A stretch of 64,000 nt of DNA from Octopus bimaculoides (Eukaryota). The stretch lies in assembly GCF_001194135.2 (NCBI RefSeq), contig NC_068982.1, forward strand, positions 132,268,330-132,332,329, written 5' to 3'. The number at the start of each line of letters is the position of its first letter. Positions within the stretch are counted from its first letter, which is position 1. The position numbers and the translations under genes were made by a program. Below the pieces are notes generated by a model, which was not told the DNA's origin, searched no databases, and saw only the letters and a list, made by a program, of their open reading frames with translations. Positions 39,999-51,981 of this stretch are shown here, one piece after another.

Positions 39999-40411
39999 CA
40001 GGTATAGATACCTTATCATTGTTTAATCCTAGATCAGCTCTCATCCAAGTGATTTGAGAGATATTTCTAGTAAATCAAAATACCATTCATCAAGGAATTT
40101 GGCTGCTATTTCTATAATATACAGCTACCATCAGGTCTCCCATGTTGACTCATTCATATATAAGGGTATAACTTGAGAGAGAACTGAATGCTTCAATACA
40201 TTGAGAGAACATGGCAGTCCTGACTTCCATCATAATCAAGATTGACAGCTTTTGACTGATTGAAATTTCTCATCCTACAAACACGTCTTTCATACATTCT
40301 CACCACAACCTATTTGGATGACATACTACAATATCATTTTGACATAAAAAGTTGCTGCAAACAGCACAATACCCAATACATGGTGACAAAATAAAAAATC
40401 TGAATACTTAC

Positions 40412-40548
40412 ACCGCGCATTGGTCTGAACCGAATAGGTGGTGTACGATCTTTGCGGGCTTCTCGGGAACGATTTCTAACTATCTTTGAATGGATAGCAC
40501 ATGATACACAGTAGAGCAGTTTTGCATATAATTTAGGGAGAGCATACA
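40412..40548 (-). CDS. RPS26: RPS26 exon 3
   Basis: CAG acceptor, GTAAGT donor; [45 protein letters not shown]. Confidence 0.97.
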
Positions 40549-40708
40549 CTGTAAAAGAAATGTTCAACAGTAGTTAGTATTCAATCAGGAAATGTAACCA
40601 TACAAAATCAATTGCATTACAGCATAGCAGATAAAACTCAAGAGAAAAGACAACCCAATACACACATGAACTAAGTTTGTTTGAAAAAGTTGACATCATC
40701 TAATTTAG

Positions 40709-41012
40709 GTGCAGGAGTGGCTGTGTGGTTAGAAGCTTGCTTCCCAACTACATGGCTCCGGGTTCAGTCCCACTGCATGCCAACTTGGGCAAGTGTCTTC
40801 TACTATAGCCTTTTGAGTGGATTTGGCAGACAGAAACTGAAAGAAGCCCGCCGTATATATATATATATGTCTGTGTTTGTTCCCCCACCATTGCTTGACA
40901 ACCGATAGAATAAGTACTAGGCTTACAAAGACTAAGTCCTGGGTTCAATTTGTTCAACTAAAGGCAGTGATTCAGCATGGCTGCAGTCATATGACTGTAA
41001 CAAGTAAAAGAA
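40709..41012 (+). mobile_element. tRNA-derived SINE (family A, internally deleted)
   Basis: GCAGGAGTGGCTGTGTGG head; family A body and tail. Confidence 0.8.
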
Positions 41013-41259
41013 TCATCTAATTTAGAAAAACTATGACATTCCATTACCCTGGTACGAATTTTGTAGGCTAACAGCAAACAGGAATATTGATGGCTATCTA
41101 CTATTAGAGTAATAGAAAAACCAGAAGAGTTTCACGTAAATAAAATACAGCTGTTAGAGAAGAAAGAATAAGTGGCACATAAAAAGTCACATGATTTTGG
41201 GTTCAGTCCCACAGCATGGCAGTGTCACTGACTATATCCACAGGATAGCCAAACCCTCA

Positions 41260-41550
41260 TCATCATTATCGTTTAATGTCCACTTTCCATGCTGGCATGG
41301 TTTGGACGGTCTGACTGAGGACTGGTGAGCCAGAGGCTGCACCAGGCTCAATCTGATCTGGCAAAGTTTCTACAGCTGGATGCCCTTCCTAATGCCAACC
41401 ACTCAGAGAGTGTAGTGGGTGCTTTTACGGGCCACAACTACACTCGAATGTTGTTTTCCATGTGCCACGGGCACATGCCAGTAAGGCAACAACGCTGGCA
41501 ACAATCACGTTCGGATGTGCTTTTAACGTTCCACTGGCACAAGTGCCAAT
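41260..41550 (-). mobile_element. RTE-LINE 3' tail copy (RPS26 intron 2)
   Basis: Same family, inverse orientation to 38578-38890. Confidence 0.8.
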
Positions 41551-42878
41551 CAGGCGGTACTATATCATTGAGATCTTGAAGCTACAAGATAATGCACCAT
41601 TAATTCAAGTGTTGCATTGGACAGAATAATCTAAATGTCCAAGGGTTAAAATAAGAGCAATTTCCTATTGTTCTTGCATATATGTATGAGGTGATAGATA
41701 TTAATGATCATACCACTACTCAATGATGTCTTACTAGATTTTGATTACATTTTATATTATTAATATAACTTTACAGTATAAAATGTCAAGAAAACAGTTA
41801 CCAGTCCATTACACTTGGTTGATAGAGATTGGATATAGCAACAAAGTTGATATAAAAAGCTTCCTCCAATTCAACAAAAAAATAACTATACACAATATGA
41901 TCGATACTTCACTGTATAAAAGTCATGGATTAGTACCTCAAGTTAAGCTTAAAGCACACCTAATAAATGTAAATTGTTTTTATATGTAGGAATGCTAATC
42001 ATTATATATAAGCTTTCAACAAGACAAAGAAAACATCTCCAAACGGAATTCAAGGACTGCATCAAGCTGTAATGCCTGTTCTGGCATGATTTTCTATGGT
42101 TTGATGCCCTCCCTAATGTCATCCCAGATAATTCAGAAAAATGGTTATAACTGTAAATGGGACTGTTTAAACAGAATCGAAACATTTTATTGTAAAATTA
42201 AAATGTTTTTATGGAATACGAGTACAGCATCATTAGCATCCACTTTTCCATGAAATTTGTCGAGGCAGATTATTTACGACTGGATACCCTTCCTATCGCC
42301 AACTGTTTCTAATCAAGGTAATATTTCCTCATAGTCAAACAACCTCAGTTGTAGGCCGATGATGCTTATTTACAACCATCACGTAATACCTAGAGAAGAG
42401 TTAAAATAGATATACAGGCTTCGAGGGACGGCTACTCCAAACTTCTACCCTGTTTATAACTTTAAAGCTACAGTAGCATAAGTATCGCATTTACAAACAA
42501 AATAAAGTAGCATGATACGTATTTTCAATCAACTTAAGAAATATGATTTGGATAATTAGAAGAGTTAAAGATTGTAAAACACATAGTATTAACGATTAAC
42601 GACAAGTTTGAATAGAGATCACTATATGTGAGGAGTAAATGAAATTTTATATTTCCAGATACCCAGTCTTCTCCTGAAGTTATCTTAATATTCTATCATC
42701 ATAAACTTTTCGTTTGTAAATAACCTGCCATAAATTTATATCGTAAAAATACATCTATTATTTTATATAAATTCATTACAATCACAAATTTAACGCAGAC
42801 TATAGTAGTCTAACGGTCTATAAGACAGGAGGTTGTTTCATCATGTATACAAATTAAAGGGAAAAAGTATTTACAAAC

Positions 42879-43056
42879 CTTCATAGACACTAGCATCTGA
42901 GATATCTCTGACTGCAGCTGCTTCAACAATATTTCTTATAACAAATTTCTTGATGGCCTTATCTTTAGGTACACATCGTGCACAATTAGTGCAACGGATG
43001 TATTTCACATGGCCACGTCCTTTCTTACCTCGTCCGTTATTTCGTCTTTTGGAAGT
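42879..43056 (-). CDS. RPS26: RPS26 exon 2
   Basis: TTCAG acceptor, GT donor; [59 protein letters not shown]. Confidence 0.97.
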
Positions 43057-43537
43057 CTGAAATTTATAATTTCAAATTATATTAACTAGCTAAATCTAGA
43101 AACCTAAATTTATACCCCGGAAGACCCATTAGCGCTAATGCACAAATACAGTTATGAAATCTGCCAAAATGGCATATTAATATGAATGAACTAGCCTTAA
43201 AGACTAATTGTAATTAAAACAATTAGCATTTAACTAATCCAAAAGTTCATTAATAAGTTATACAAATGACTGTAATATCTACAATTAAAAACTAATGGTT
43301 TAAGTAAAAAAAAATCCGAGTTCCGATCCACGTGTTCTTATCTCGTTAGAGTCGGCTGTAGCCATTTTGTGAAGAATTTATATAAATACATAAAGAGTAC
43401 TTTTAAAATAATCCTAAAGTAGCTGTTAAAATCTTAGATATGTTAAACCACTTATATAGCTGACAAATGTTAAAGTTTATTAAATGTTTTAAGTCAAAAT
43501 TTGATGAAATAAAAGGACAGAAAAATAACACACTCAC

Positions 43538-43540
43538 CAT
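43538..43540 (-). CDS. RPS26: RPS26 exon 1 coding part (ATG only)
   Basis: AAGATG followed by the GTGAG donor; ATG-only first coding exon as known for RPS26. Confidence 0.85.
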
Positions 43541-43566
43541 CTTGATATTTCCAAAGTGAAAAGGAT
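43541..43566 (-). promoter_or_regulatory. 5' terminal oligopyrimidine (TOP) tract and probable TSS
   Basis: Minus strand CCTTTTCACTTT begins ~24 nt before the ATG; ribosomal protein mRNAs are TOP mRNAs. Confidence 0.65.
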
Positions 43567-44240
43567 TGTGAAAAGGACGTAAGCGAATGAATACAAAGCA
43601 GACAAATTTAAGTGTTTAATTATTTGGAGAATATCCTAATTTTTTTCAATAAAACATATAAATAATCCATAAAATATTTTATACTGCATTAAATATTCGT
43701 AAAATATGAAATTCAACAATGATATAATACTTGATACTTAACGTTATTTTTTTATGCGGATAAATACATTTTTAGAACGTAGTCCGGCTATGTAAGGGAA
43801 GTAATTCATCTTAGATAGTAGAACTCTTTAATACTTACTTACTGCATATAAAGCGGAGTTAAATGAATTTTGTTATCTATAAAAAAGTTCCGGGAATGTA
43901 AATGTTATTTTTTTTTACTCCTTAGATAAAGTATATGAAAAAAAAATTGATCTAGTAAATGATATATATATAAATGTTGTTTAGCACCAGGCCTACTCTG
44001 GTCGAGAAGACTTATGCTCAAAGACATTCCAAACGTGACCATCCGTTTATTTTTTAAATTTAATTTGTTCTTCCTTTTATAAGATAGTTGAGTGAAACTG
44101 AAGGGAATTGGCAGCTATTTCTAACGAGTTGAGTAACCCTGTGGAAGTTCCTTTGGATTTTATTTAAGAAATTGTTTTACCAAGATATGCAAAATCTTTA
44201 GATGAGATAGTGATTGCATATTTAATATATAAAACATTAT

Positions 44241-44395
44241 TTGGCGTTAGGAAGGGCATCCAGCTGTAGAAACTCTGCCAAATCAGACTGGAGCCTGGTG
44301 TTGCCATCCGGTTTCACCAGTCCTCAGTCAAATCGTCCAACCCATGCTAGCATGGAAAGCGGACGTTAAACGATGATGATGATGATGATGATGAT
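44241..44395 (+). mobile_element. Short RTE-LINE 3' tail copy
   Basis: Terminal ~150 bp plus (GAT)n. Confidence 0.8.
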
Positions 44396-45225
44396 TAAGA
44401 AGTTGACTGGAAATAATTATGCAGTTAGAGGAGAATAATCAATTTCCTTTTGCTTCCAAGTGCAATGACAACTCCAGGAATGTTTTGGTGTTATTCTGGC
44501 CTCATCAGTAAAGCATAGCCTCTAACATAATTTTCTGAAACATTGGGACAATCACTTAATATACATTGTATGCAATATATTATGCATTTGTTGAAACAGC
44601 AAAATAGAAATGTTTAGAAATGAACTCATTCAGTGATGCCTCCCTTGTAATTCACGCTTTAGAATCCATTTTAATTTTTTATTTTTATCAATTTAGAAAT
44701 TTGTAAGTGTTGATGTAACTCAGTAATATCCTTGTTTATCACTGATTCATTCATTACTGAACTTGGATAACTCAGTATGCTAATTGTGAACTGTGTTATG
44801 CTTATCACCAATTGATCTGTGATAACCCAGGTTGGTGATCAGAGCAAGATTCTGCTTGGACATTAAAAGTGTATCTCACTGACCGTCCAGAGTGCACAGA
44901 ATAACTTAGGGGTCTTGTAACAAAACCCATTTTCTATTATTCATTAATCACTGATTCATTTAACAAGGCTGCTTTTTTGGAACCAGACAAGAATAAACAA
45001 GAATGGATATACTGGCCTTTTTTCATCAAGGCAAGACCTTTCCTGAATATATTAAAACAAGAGAAATGAAATCATAGTTTTGAAACCATAACACTAGTAG
45101 TTGGCTCATCTCTTGCCCTAGATCTTGATCAATTTGTCAAATATACTGGCTTATTTACAATGATAAAAGCAATAAGTGTCAAATTACTAACCTGAAGGCT
45201 CAAGCTATTACACATAACAATTATA

Positions 45226-45801
45226 CACAGACTGGCAGGAAGTAAATAGACACCTTTAATTTTCAAAATCTTTTATTTGATATTAATTGGTTGAAGGAGA
45301 GGTTTTCTTCTAGCTGCTCATCCATAATACCCAAGCTTATGAAGATATGTAACACATTCTTGGACTAACTTCTAGCTGTTTTGCGATATCAGAAGCCTTC
45401 AAATGGAGTTCGTTTTCCACAATTCTCTTCAAACAGCGAAGCTTCCTTTCCAAGGGCCCAGATCATCCGGGACGAGAATCTGTTGATTCTTTTCCTTGGC
45501 TTTTGAATTGCACTATAATTCTATTAACAGTACCAAGAGGAATTTGAAGATTTTCTGCTATTTTTCACTGGCTGAGACTAGCCTCAGATTGCCCAACAAT
45601 ACGACCTCTTGGAAAATCTGACAGTTCTGCTGAACTTTTTGTGCGTGGCATGGTTACTCTTCACAAATGTTTAATATAATGGCACCTGGAATGAAAAAGA
45701 ATAATTACATTGTCAATTCTACACCGCTGAAAACATATTAAGACGATTAGACCAGAAAGTTTTAAAATTAAAGGTGTCTATTTACTTCCTGCATGTCTGT
45801 G
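45226..45801 (-). mobile_element. Internally deleted Tc1-family transposon; decayed transposase N-terminus (ATG 45651)
   Basis: ~38-bp TIRs CACAGAC..GCAGGAAGTAAATAGACACCTTTAATTTT with TA on both sides; MPRTKSSAELSDFPRGRIVG...[14 protein letters not shown] (HTH) and ARRKPLL, with stops. Confidence 0.85.
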
Positions 45802-45869
45802 TAAGGCTTATTTATCAACTTGCTCGGTCAGCCTTACTAGAAAATGGGTAGATCTGTATACTCTGTATT

Positions 45870-46035
45870 GCAAGAGTGGCTGAGTGGTAAGTAGCTTGCT
45901 TACCAACCACATGGTTCCGGGTTCAGTCCCACTGCATGGCACCTTGGGCAAGTGTCTTCTACTATAGCCTGGGGCCGACCAAAGCCTTGAGTGGATTTGG
46001 TAGATGGAAACTGAAAGAAGCCTGTCGTATATATG

Positions 46036-46106
<71 letters not shown>

Positions 46107-46311
46107 ATGTTTGTCTCCCCACCATCGCTTGACAACCGATGCTGGTGTGTTTACGTCCCCATAACTTAGCGGTTTGGCAAAAGAGACCGATAGAATAAGT
46201 ACTAGGCTTACAAAGAATAAGTCCTGGAGTCAATTTGCTCGACTAAAAGGCAGTGCTCCAGCATGGCCACAGTCAAATGACTGAAACAAGTAAGTAAAAG
46301 AGAAAGAGTAT
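45870..46311 (+). mobile_element. Full-length tRNA-derived SINE (family A)
   Basis: A-box/B-box head, (TA)n centre, AGTAAAAG tail. Confidence 0.85.
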
Positions 46312-47639
46312 AGGAAATCATTGGTTTTAGCTCAATCATTATGACATTTAGCTTTTTAATGTGGGTATCTGAAAAGTTTTCTTTACATATGAGCCAACAG
46401 AAATTATTAATAATCACATAGGTACAGAAGCTTGGTTAGCAACCTTGTGGTTTCAGGTTCAGTACCATTGCACAGCACCTTGGGTAAGTGTCTACTTCTA
46501 AAGACCTGGGCTAATTAATACCTTGTAAGGGAATTTGGTACACAGAAACTGTGTGGAAGTCTGTTGTATATATAAGCACTGGTGCTGGTGCCATGTAAAA
46601 AGCACCCAGTACACTCTGTAAAGTGGTTGGCATTAGCAAGGGCATGCAGCCATAGAAACCAGGCCAAAACAGACTATGGAATCTGGTGTGGTCCCTGGCC
46701 TTTTCAGTTCTTGTCAAGTCATCCAATCCATGCCAGCATGGAAAATTGATGTTAAATGTTGATGATGATGATGATATGTATATATGTATGTATGTAACCA
46801 TTATTTAACACCTGCTTTCCATGTTGGCATGGGTAGGACAGTTTGACAGGGAACCAGTCAGCTGCAGGGCTGTATTGAGCCCCAGTGTCATTTTTGGCAA
46901 GGTTTCTACAGCTGCATGTCCTTCTTAGTGCTAATCACTATACAGAGTGCACCAGGTGCTTTTTCTGTGCTACTGGCACTAGTGAGGTTGCCATGTAACT
47001 TGCGAGACAGAAAAGAACGGAGAAGGGGAAGAAAGGGAGGAATACGCTCCCACTACTAAGAGGAAGTATTTGAGAGAGGAAGGTGGAAATGAGTGGGTTG
47101 TTATAGATGGATGAAGGAGATTGTAGCATAGACTCTATATATAAATGTATTCAAGCAAAGCAGGGACCAACTGGCCTATGGCTGCTGTTTGTATCCTATT
47201 GTGACCACTACTCTGATCGGTTGGTATTGGTGCAATTTGTCTCCTACTCTGTTGTGCCAACTGACCGTGGATAGCCAATCAGAGACTTCAGATAGCATCA
47301 CGTGCACATCCTTTTCCGAACCCTATTTCGAGCTTACTACTTTCTATAAAAACCCTGCTTTTCCCGCAATACATGTCTTTGGTTCCTGACCTTTTAAGGT
47401 CAAACCACTAACCACATATATATATATAGAGAGTCTATGTTACAAGATAAAAGGAAAGTAGTAATGGGGTGTTACAGCAAACTATCAAGGAACAAGAAGA
47501 TGAGCATAAGAGAGATCTGGCTTCTCACACCTATCCTACAATGTCATTCTAAATTAAACAACCACACCATTGTAAACTTGTGGCTTCAAAATAATGTGAA
47601 TCATAAGCATTATTGTTGACTGACTAGTCTGAATGCAAA

Positions 47640-48280
47640 AAGGGTTAAACGACCATCACTTCTTTTTTTTGACTGTCCTTATCCACACGACCATACCAGT
47701 GCAGTCTTCTGTCTTGCATGATTCTTGTTGTGCCCAACTTTTCTCTCAATACATTTACGCTTTGGCGTACATGCACACTAACATTACACATCAAGCAGAG
47801 CCTACTAGCTTCATTCCTCTCTACTCTTCACATGTCCTCTGCATTCAGACCCATGTCTCTCATGTAGCATCACAGTCATGTAGCATTACTGACCTGGAGG
47901 ATAATGGTGAATAAGACGGGCCTGAGAACCAAGCCTTGGTGAATGCCTGTTTGCACACTAAATTTGTGATTGTACTCACAGCTAACTCTCCTGTCAATAA
48001 CAGCACCCCAGTACATAGCTTACACCCTTTTCACAAACCATTCATCTCTCCCTAACTTCCTCACAGACCATCATAACACAGCAAGAGATTCTGTTGAAGG
48101 CTTTCTTCAGGTCAACAAATGTGAAGTATAATGGCTTATTCTTAGCTTAATACTTCTGAAGTTGTCTCTTTCATGGTCCTGTGAACCTCATTGCTCCATA
48201 ATCATGTCACCCTTGATCTGGCAGAAGCTTTACTACAGCCACAGATTTGCTCTGTTGCATGCAATAGCTTATCCTATATA
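47640..48280 (-). pseudogene. Decayed RTE-clade reverse transcriptase fragment
   Basis: KNKPLYFTFVDLKKAFN and GIHQGLVLRPVLFTII motifs; frameshifted. Confidence 0.7.
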
Positions 48281-48919
48281 TGTATGTATGGAAAGTTTGA
48301 TCTAAAAGAGAGATGATACTGTGAAAATGAATCCAATCTCCTGGAGTATGTGTATAGGAGAGGAGCTTCTCCACACTTGCCGTCAATCAAATTCTTCTAT
48401 GTGCTATGGGTTGTAGAAGAAACTAGCCAAAGGCTCAAAACAGTGACACTGAGTTCAAAACCACATGGTTGCAAAGTGAACTTCTTAACTTCACAATCAT
48501 GTCTGTTGATTTTAGTCCCCAGCTGATATTGTCTTGATTTTTTTTCACTACATAGGGGTTGCTGGTAATGTATTAGTTCTTCAAAGAAGTAACCATGCTG
48601 CTCATGAATTTTGGGATCAGATATCTCCAGCAAGATCCCTAAAACCAGGGTATCAAACCTTTGGTTATAGAAAGGTAAATGTGATAGTAGTGATTCACAA
48701 CAGACTGGCAATTCAGTGATATCATCAATTGATTGAGTTTCTGGCATTACAATTTCTGTGGACATTATTGTGAACTCGTAGAGTCACAGAGTCACTCTGC
48801 TTCATTACATATCAAACTATCTCCTTCAATGTCCATAGAAGTGGAAGTGTTTACCAATGGGCCAAATGACTGTTGTTAATAAATTGGATTACTAGATATT
48901 CGATTTGAGATTAGTCTCA

Positions 48920-49400
48920 TCATCATCATCGTTTAACGTCCACTTTCCATGCTAGCATGGGTTGGACAATTTGACTGAGGACTGGTGAACCAGATGGCTG
49001 CACCAGGCTCCAATTTGATTTGGCAGAGTTTCTACAGCTGGATGCCCTTCCTAACACCAACCACTCCAAGAGTGTAGTGGGTGCTTTTATGTGCCACCGG
49101 CACGAAGGCCAGTCAGGAGATACTGTCAATGGGCACACTCAAAGTGGTGTATTTTACGTGCCACCTGCACAGGAGCCAGTCCAGCGGTACTGGCAACGAA
49201 CTCGCTCGAATGTCTTTTTACGTGCCACTGGCACAAGNNNNNNNNNNACGAACTCGCTCGAATGTCTTTTTACGTGCCACTGGCACAAGTGCCAGGAAGG
49301 CGACGTTGGTAACGGTCACGCTCAAATGGTGCTATTTATGTGCCACCAGCGCAAAAGCCTGACAGCTGGTGCTCTGGCAATGATCACATTCGGACGGTGC
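48920..49400 (-). mobile_element. RTE-LINE 3' tail with several tandem units (spans a 10-N gap)
   Basis: Same family. Confidence 0.8.
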
Positions 49401-49759
49401 TCTTAGTGATTTACTGGTACTGGTGCCATCACAATTTTGCTTTCGCTTGCCCCAACAGTTTAGTGTTCAATGAAGACGTTGGCATAGGTGCCAGTCTACA
49501 AATTTAGTTGTTTGAAATATTGGTTTCAAATTTTGGCACAAGGCCAGCAATTTTGGAGAAAGGAGTAAGTTAATTACATTAACTCCAGATAGAGGCTTTT
49601 ACTAAGAAATAATGACTTTCTTTTATTTGTACTGAACTGAAATATGGATATAGCATAAATAACATTGCGATGCTGCTTTTCTTGAATTGTATCATAATTT
49701 CTTTATGATGTTGTTTATGTATAAAATTTTTATTAAATATATTTTATAAAAAACTAGAA

Positions 49760-49960
49760 GCCCTTCATTCCCAATGATGACTCTTCTCAGCTGTACATTG
49801 ACTCTAGGCTGACTTTTCTGCTTCTCCCCAGTTGGATCTTTGCTTTTTCAACTCTGTCTCAATGTCTTGCCTCCAGCCATTTTTAGGGTGTCTTCCATAT
49901 CCCTTGTGAATTCCAGGTCAGGGCCTGACATGTAATGTAGGATATTGGTTTTGTTAAGGT
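49760..49960 (-). pseudogene. Old RTE-type LINE C-terminal remnant
   Basis: Minus strand gives LTWN.QG...GWRQDIETELKK...WGEAEK across a frameshift. Confidence 0.5.
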
Positions 49961-50380
49961 GTGGCCTCCCATTGACAAGGACACATAATAATTCTCTGTC
50001 ACTAATTAAGAAAAATATCTTCTTCAGAAAAACTAAATAAAAAGGAACACAAATATCACATTCTAAATAGATTTATTCAAGATTTTTCAATAATACAATT
50101 TTTCAACTAAAAAAAAAAATGATAAAATGATTTTTTAAAAAAATCAAAATTTCTCGTGGTTAATATTGAATTTTGTATTTAAAAAAAAGACGATCAATTA
50201 AAGCAAAGAAAGGAACTATTTAAAAAGAAAAAAATTAAATGTTTGTCTCATTGAGATATTAAATGATTGTTAATGCAATGTGTTTCTTCTGTATAATCTC
50301 TGTGAGCCAGTTCAGATTTTGTTTTATAAATGTTGATTTAATAATTAAATATTCCAAAATATATTGGAATCAGTCCAACC

Positions 50381-51981
50381 CAGTGGTTCCCGAATCACAT
50401 ACATTAGGGTTTCACATATGTAATGAGCAGGTTGAAGAAATATTTGATTAACTGAGATTGATTGTCCATGAAATTTAGTCGACAAAATCTCTTCTAGCAG
50501 GTGAAGGATGGGGTGTATTTAAAATCTAAAAACAACAAGCAAAGGAGATAACATATAATATCGGAATATGATCAGTCATTCTGGAAAATGAAAATGGTGC
50601 AGACAAGAATGGACCTGTTCATCGGAGATACTTTCCTCTTTTCCCTCTACCCTATTGCTTGTTCCCAAATTTCAAGGTACCACTCCTTGCAGTGAATGAG
50701 GTTCTAGATCATGTTGAAGTGCAATGTGATTAATTTCATTCATTTTTGATGATGAAAATTTAATAACCTATAAAGCAGTTGCTGTTGTGTCAGCCCTGGG
50801 TCAGCTTTGAGCAGAACTATGGTGAAAGACATCCCAGTCATGACCATCCCATCCTTTTATTTATCTAGGATTACATTATGTAAACTTTCTTTCCTTTTTT
50901 TTTTTTGATTTAGCAGAGAGTTCCCTATTATTACCAACCTGCTTGAGACTGCCTATGGTCCTATGAGACAAACTTCCTCTTTTAAAGTTATCTAAGTTAA
51001 AAACCTTTCATTGAAATTCTATGTTTATTTATATTCCAAACCTCAGCTTAAAAAGAACAAAGTTATTTTATTTTATTTTTCATTATTTTCAAAATTAATC
51101 AAAACATGGGCAGAGTATTTCAACAGAAGTATAAAAGAGAGATTTGACTACTATTTCTAGTAGTTCTACGACTACCTAGAAGTTTCTTTGTTGGCTCTGC
51201 TGTGAACTAAGTTGTTGTAGCTGAGAATTTGGTATTTCTGGAAGAAGTGAGTATCATATTTTGGGAAATTAATAATATTGAATGAATGAGTGTCATTCAT
51301 TGAAAAACTGGAGTGAAAAAATTCTTATAAAACTTTGTTATTATCTTGTCTAGTGTTGTACATCTATCCTCATTTATCATGGAGGCTTGGTTAAAAGAAT
51401 ATAATACAATGAGAAATGAATCATCTCAGCACACTTTGTAAATGGAATGCATGATAGATTCATTGACACTAAGTTTGTGGCCCACAGCTGCAAATCTTCC
51501 ACCATCACATATTTTCTCAGTTTCCCTATTTTTTCCTGTAGAGAACACACTTATCTGCATCGTTTTTAAAGCACCTTCATATTTTTTCTGCTCACTGGTC
51601 TCATGCTGATGAGTTTGAGTATGTAAATCCATATTAAAATTTCGCAAACTCACAGAACAGTGATGTAAACACAAGCAATTGATAGTCAGTGCATTCTGGG
51701 TAGCTGAACATTGGGTTGGTCACTGGGGTGTGTTTTTGTGGTACAAGTAAAACCTTTGATCACTGACTCATGTTATCACGGATCAATTCTTGATAAGGAT
51801 AACATGGTTCACAGTTGAGCATACTATGTTATTCCAGATCAGTGCTAAATGAATCAGTGATAAATGAGGCTACATCTACAAACTGTTGCTTTGTATAATA
51901 TTAATAGGGCAGGGTAGGGATAAATTTGTGATAAAATACATGGAGCTAAATAAATGGCCTGAAGGAATTTGGGAACCACTA
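50381..51981. mobile_element. Putative old hAT/Charlie-like element with nested insertions
   Basis: Ends CAGTGGTTCCC and GGGAACCACTA; flanks GTCCAACC / GTCTAACT (6/8). Confidence 0.4.
51420..51870 (-). pseudogene. Tigger/pogo-like relic (HTH-like peptide plus upstream sequence)
   Basis: GGRFAAVGHKLSVNESIMHSI resembles a pogo HTH; 51690-51870 is an inverted homologue of 44715-44900. Confidence 0.4.

Noticed and set aside
37703-43537. Intronic snoRNAs in RPS26
   Set aside because: No convincing C/D box pair with a terminal stem was seen by eye. H/ACA RNAs cannot be excluded without snoscan or Infernal.
47120-47420. Possible solo LTR (CCAAT box, TATAAAA)
   Set aside because: No clear TG...CA ends with TSD and no second copy; too weak to call.
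49197-49277. Direct duplication across the 10-N gap
   Set aside because: Typical unmerged contig overlap.
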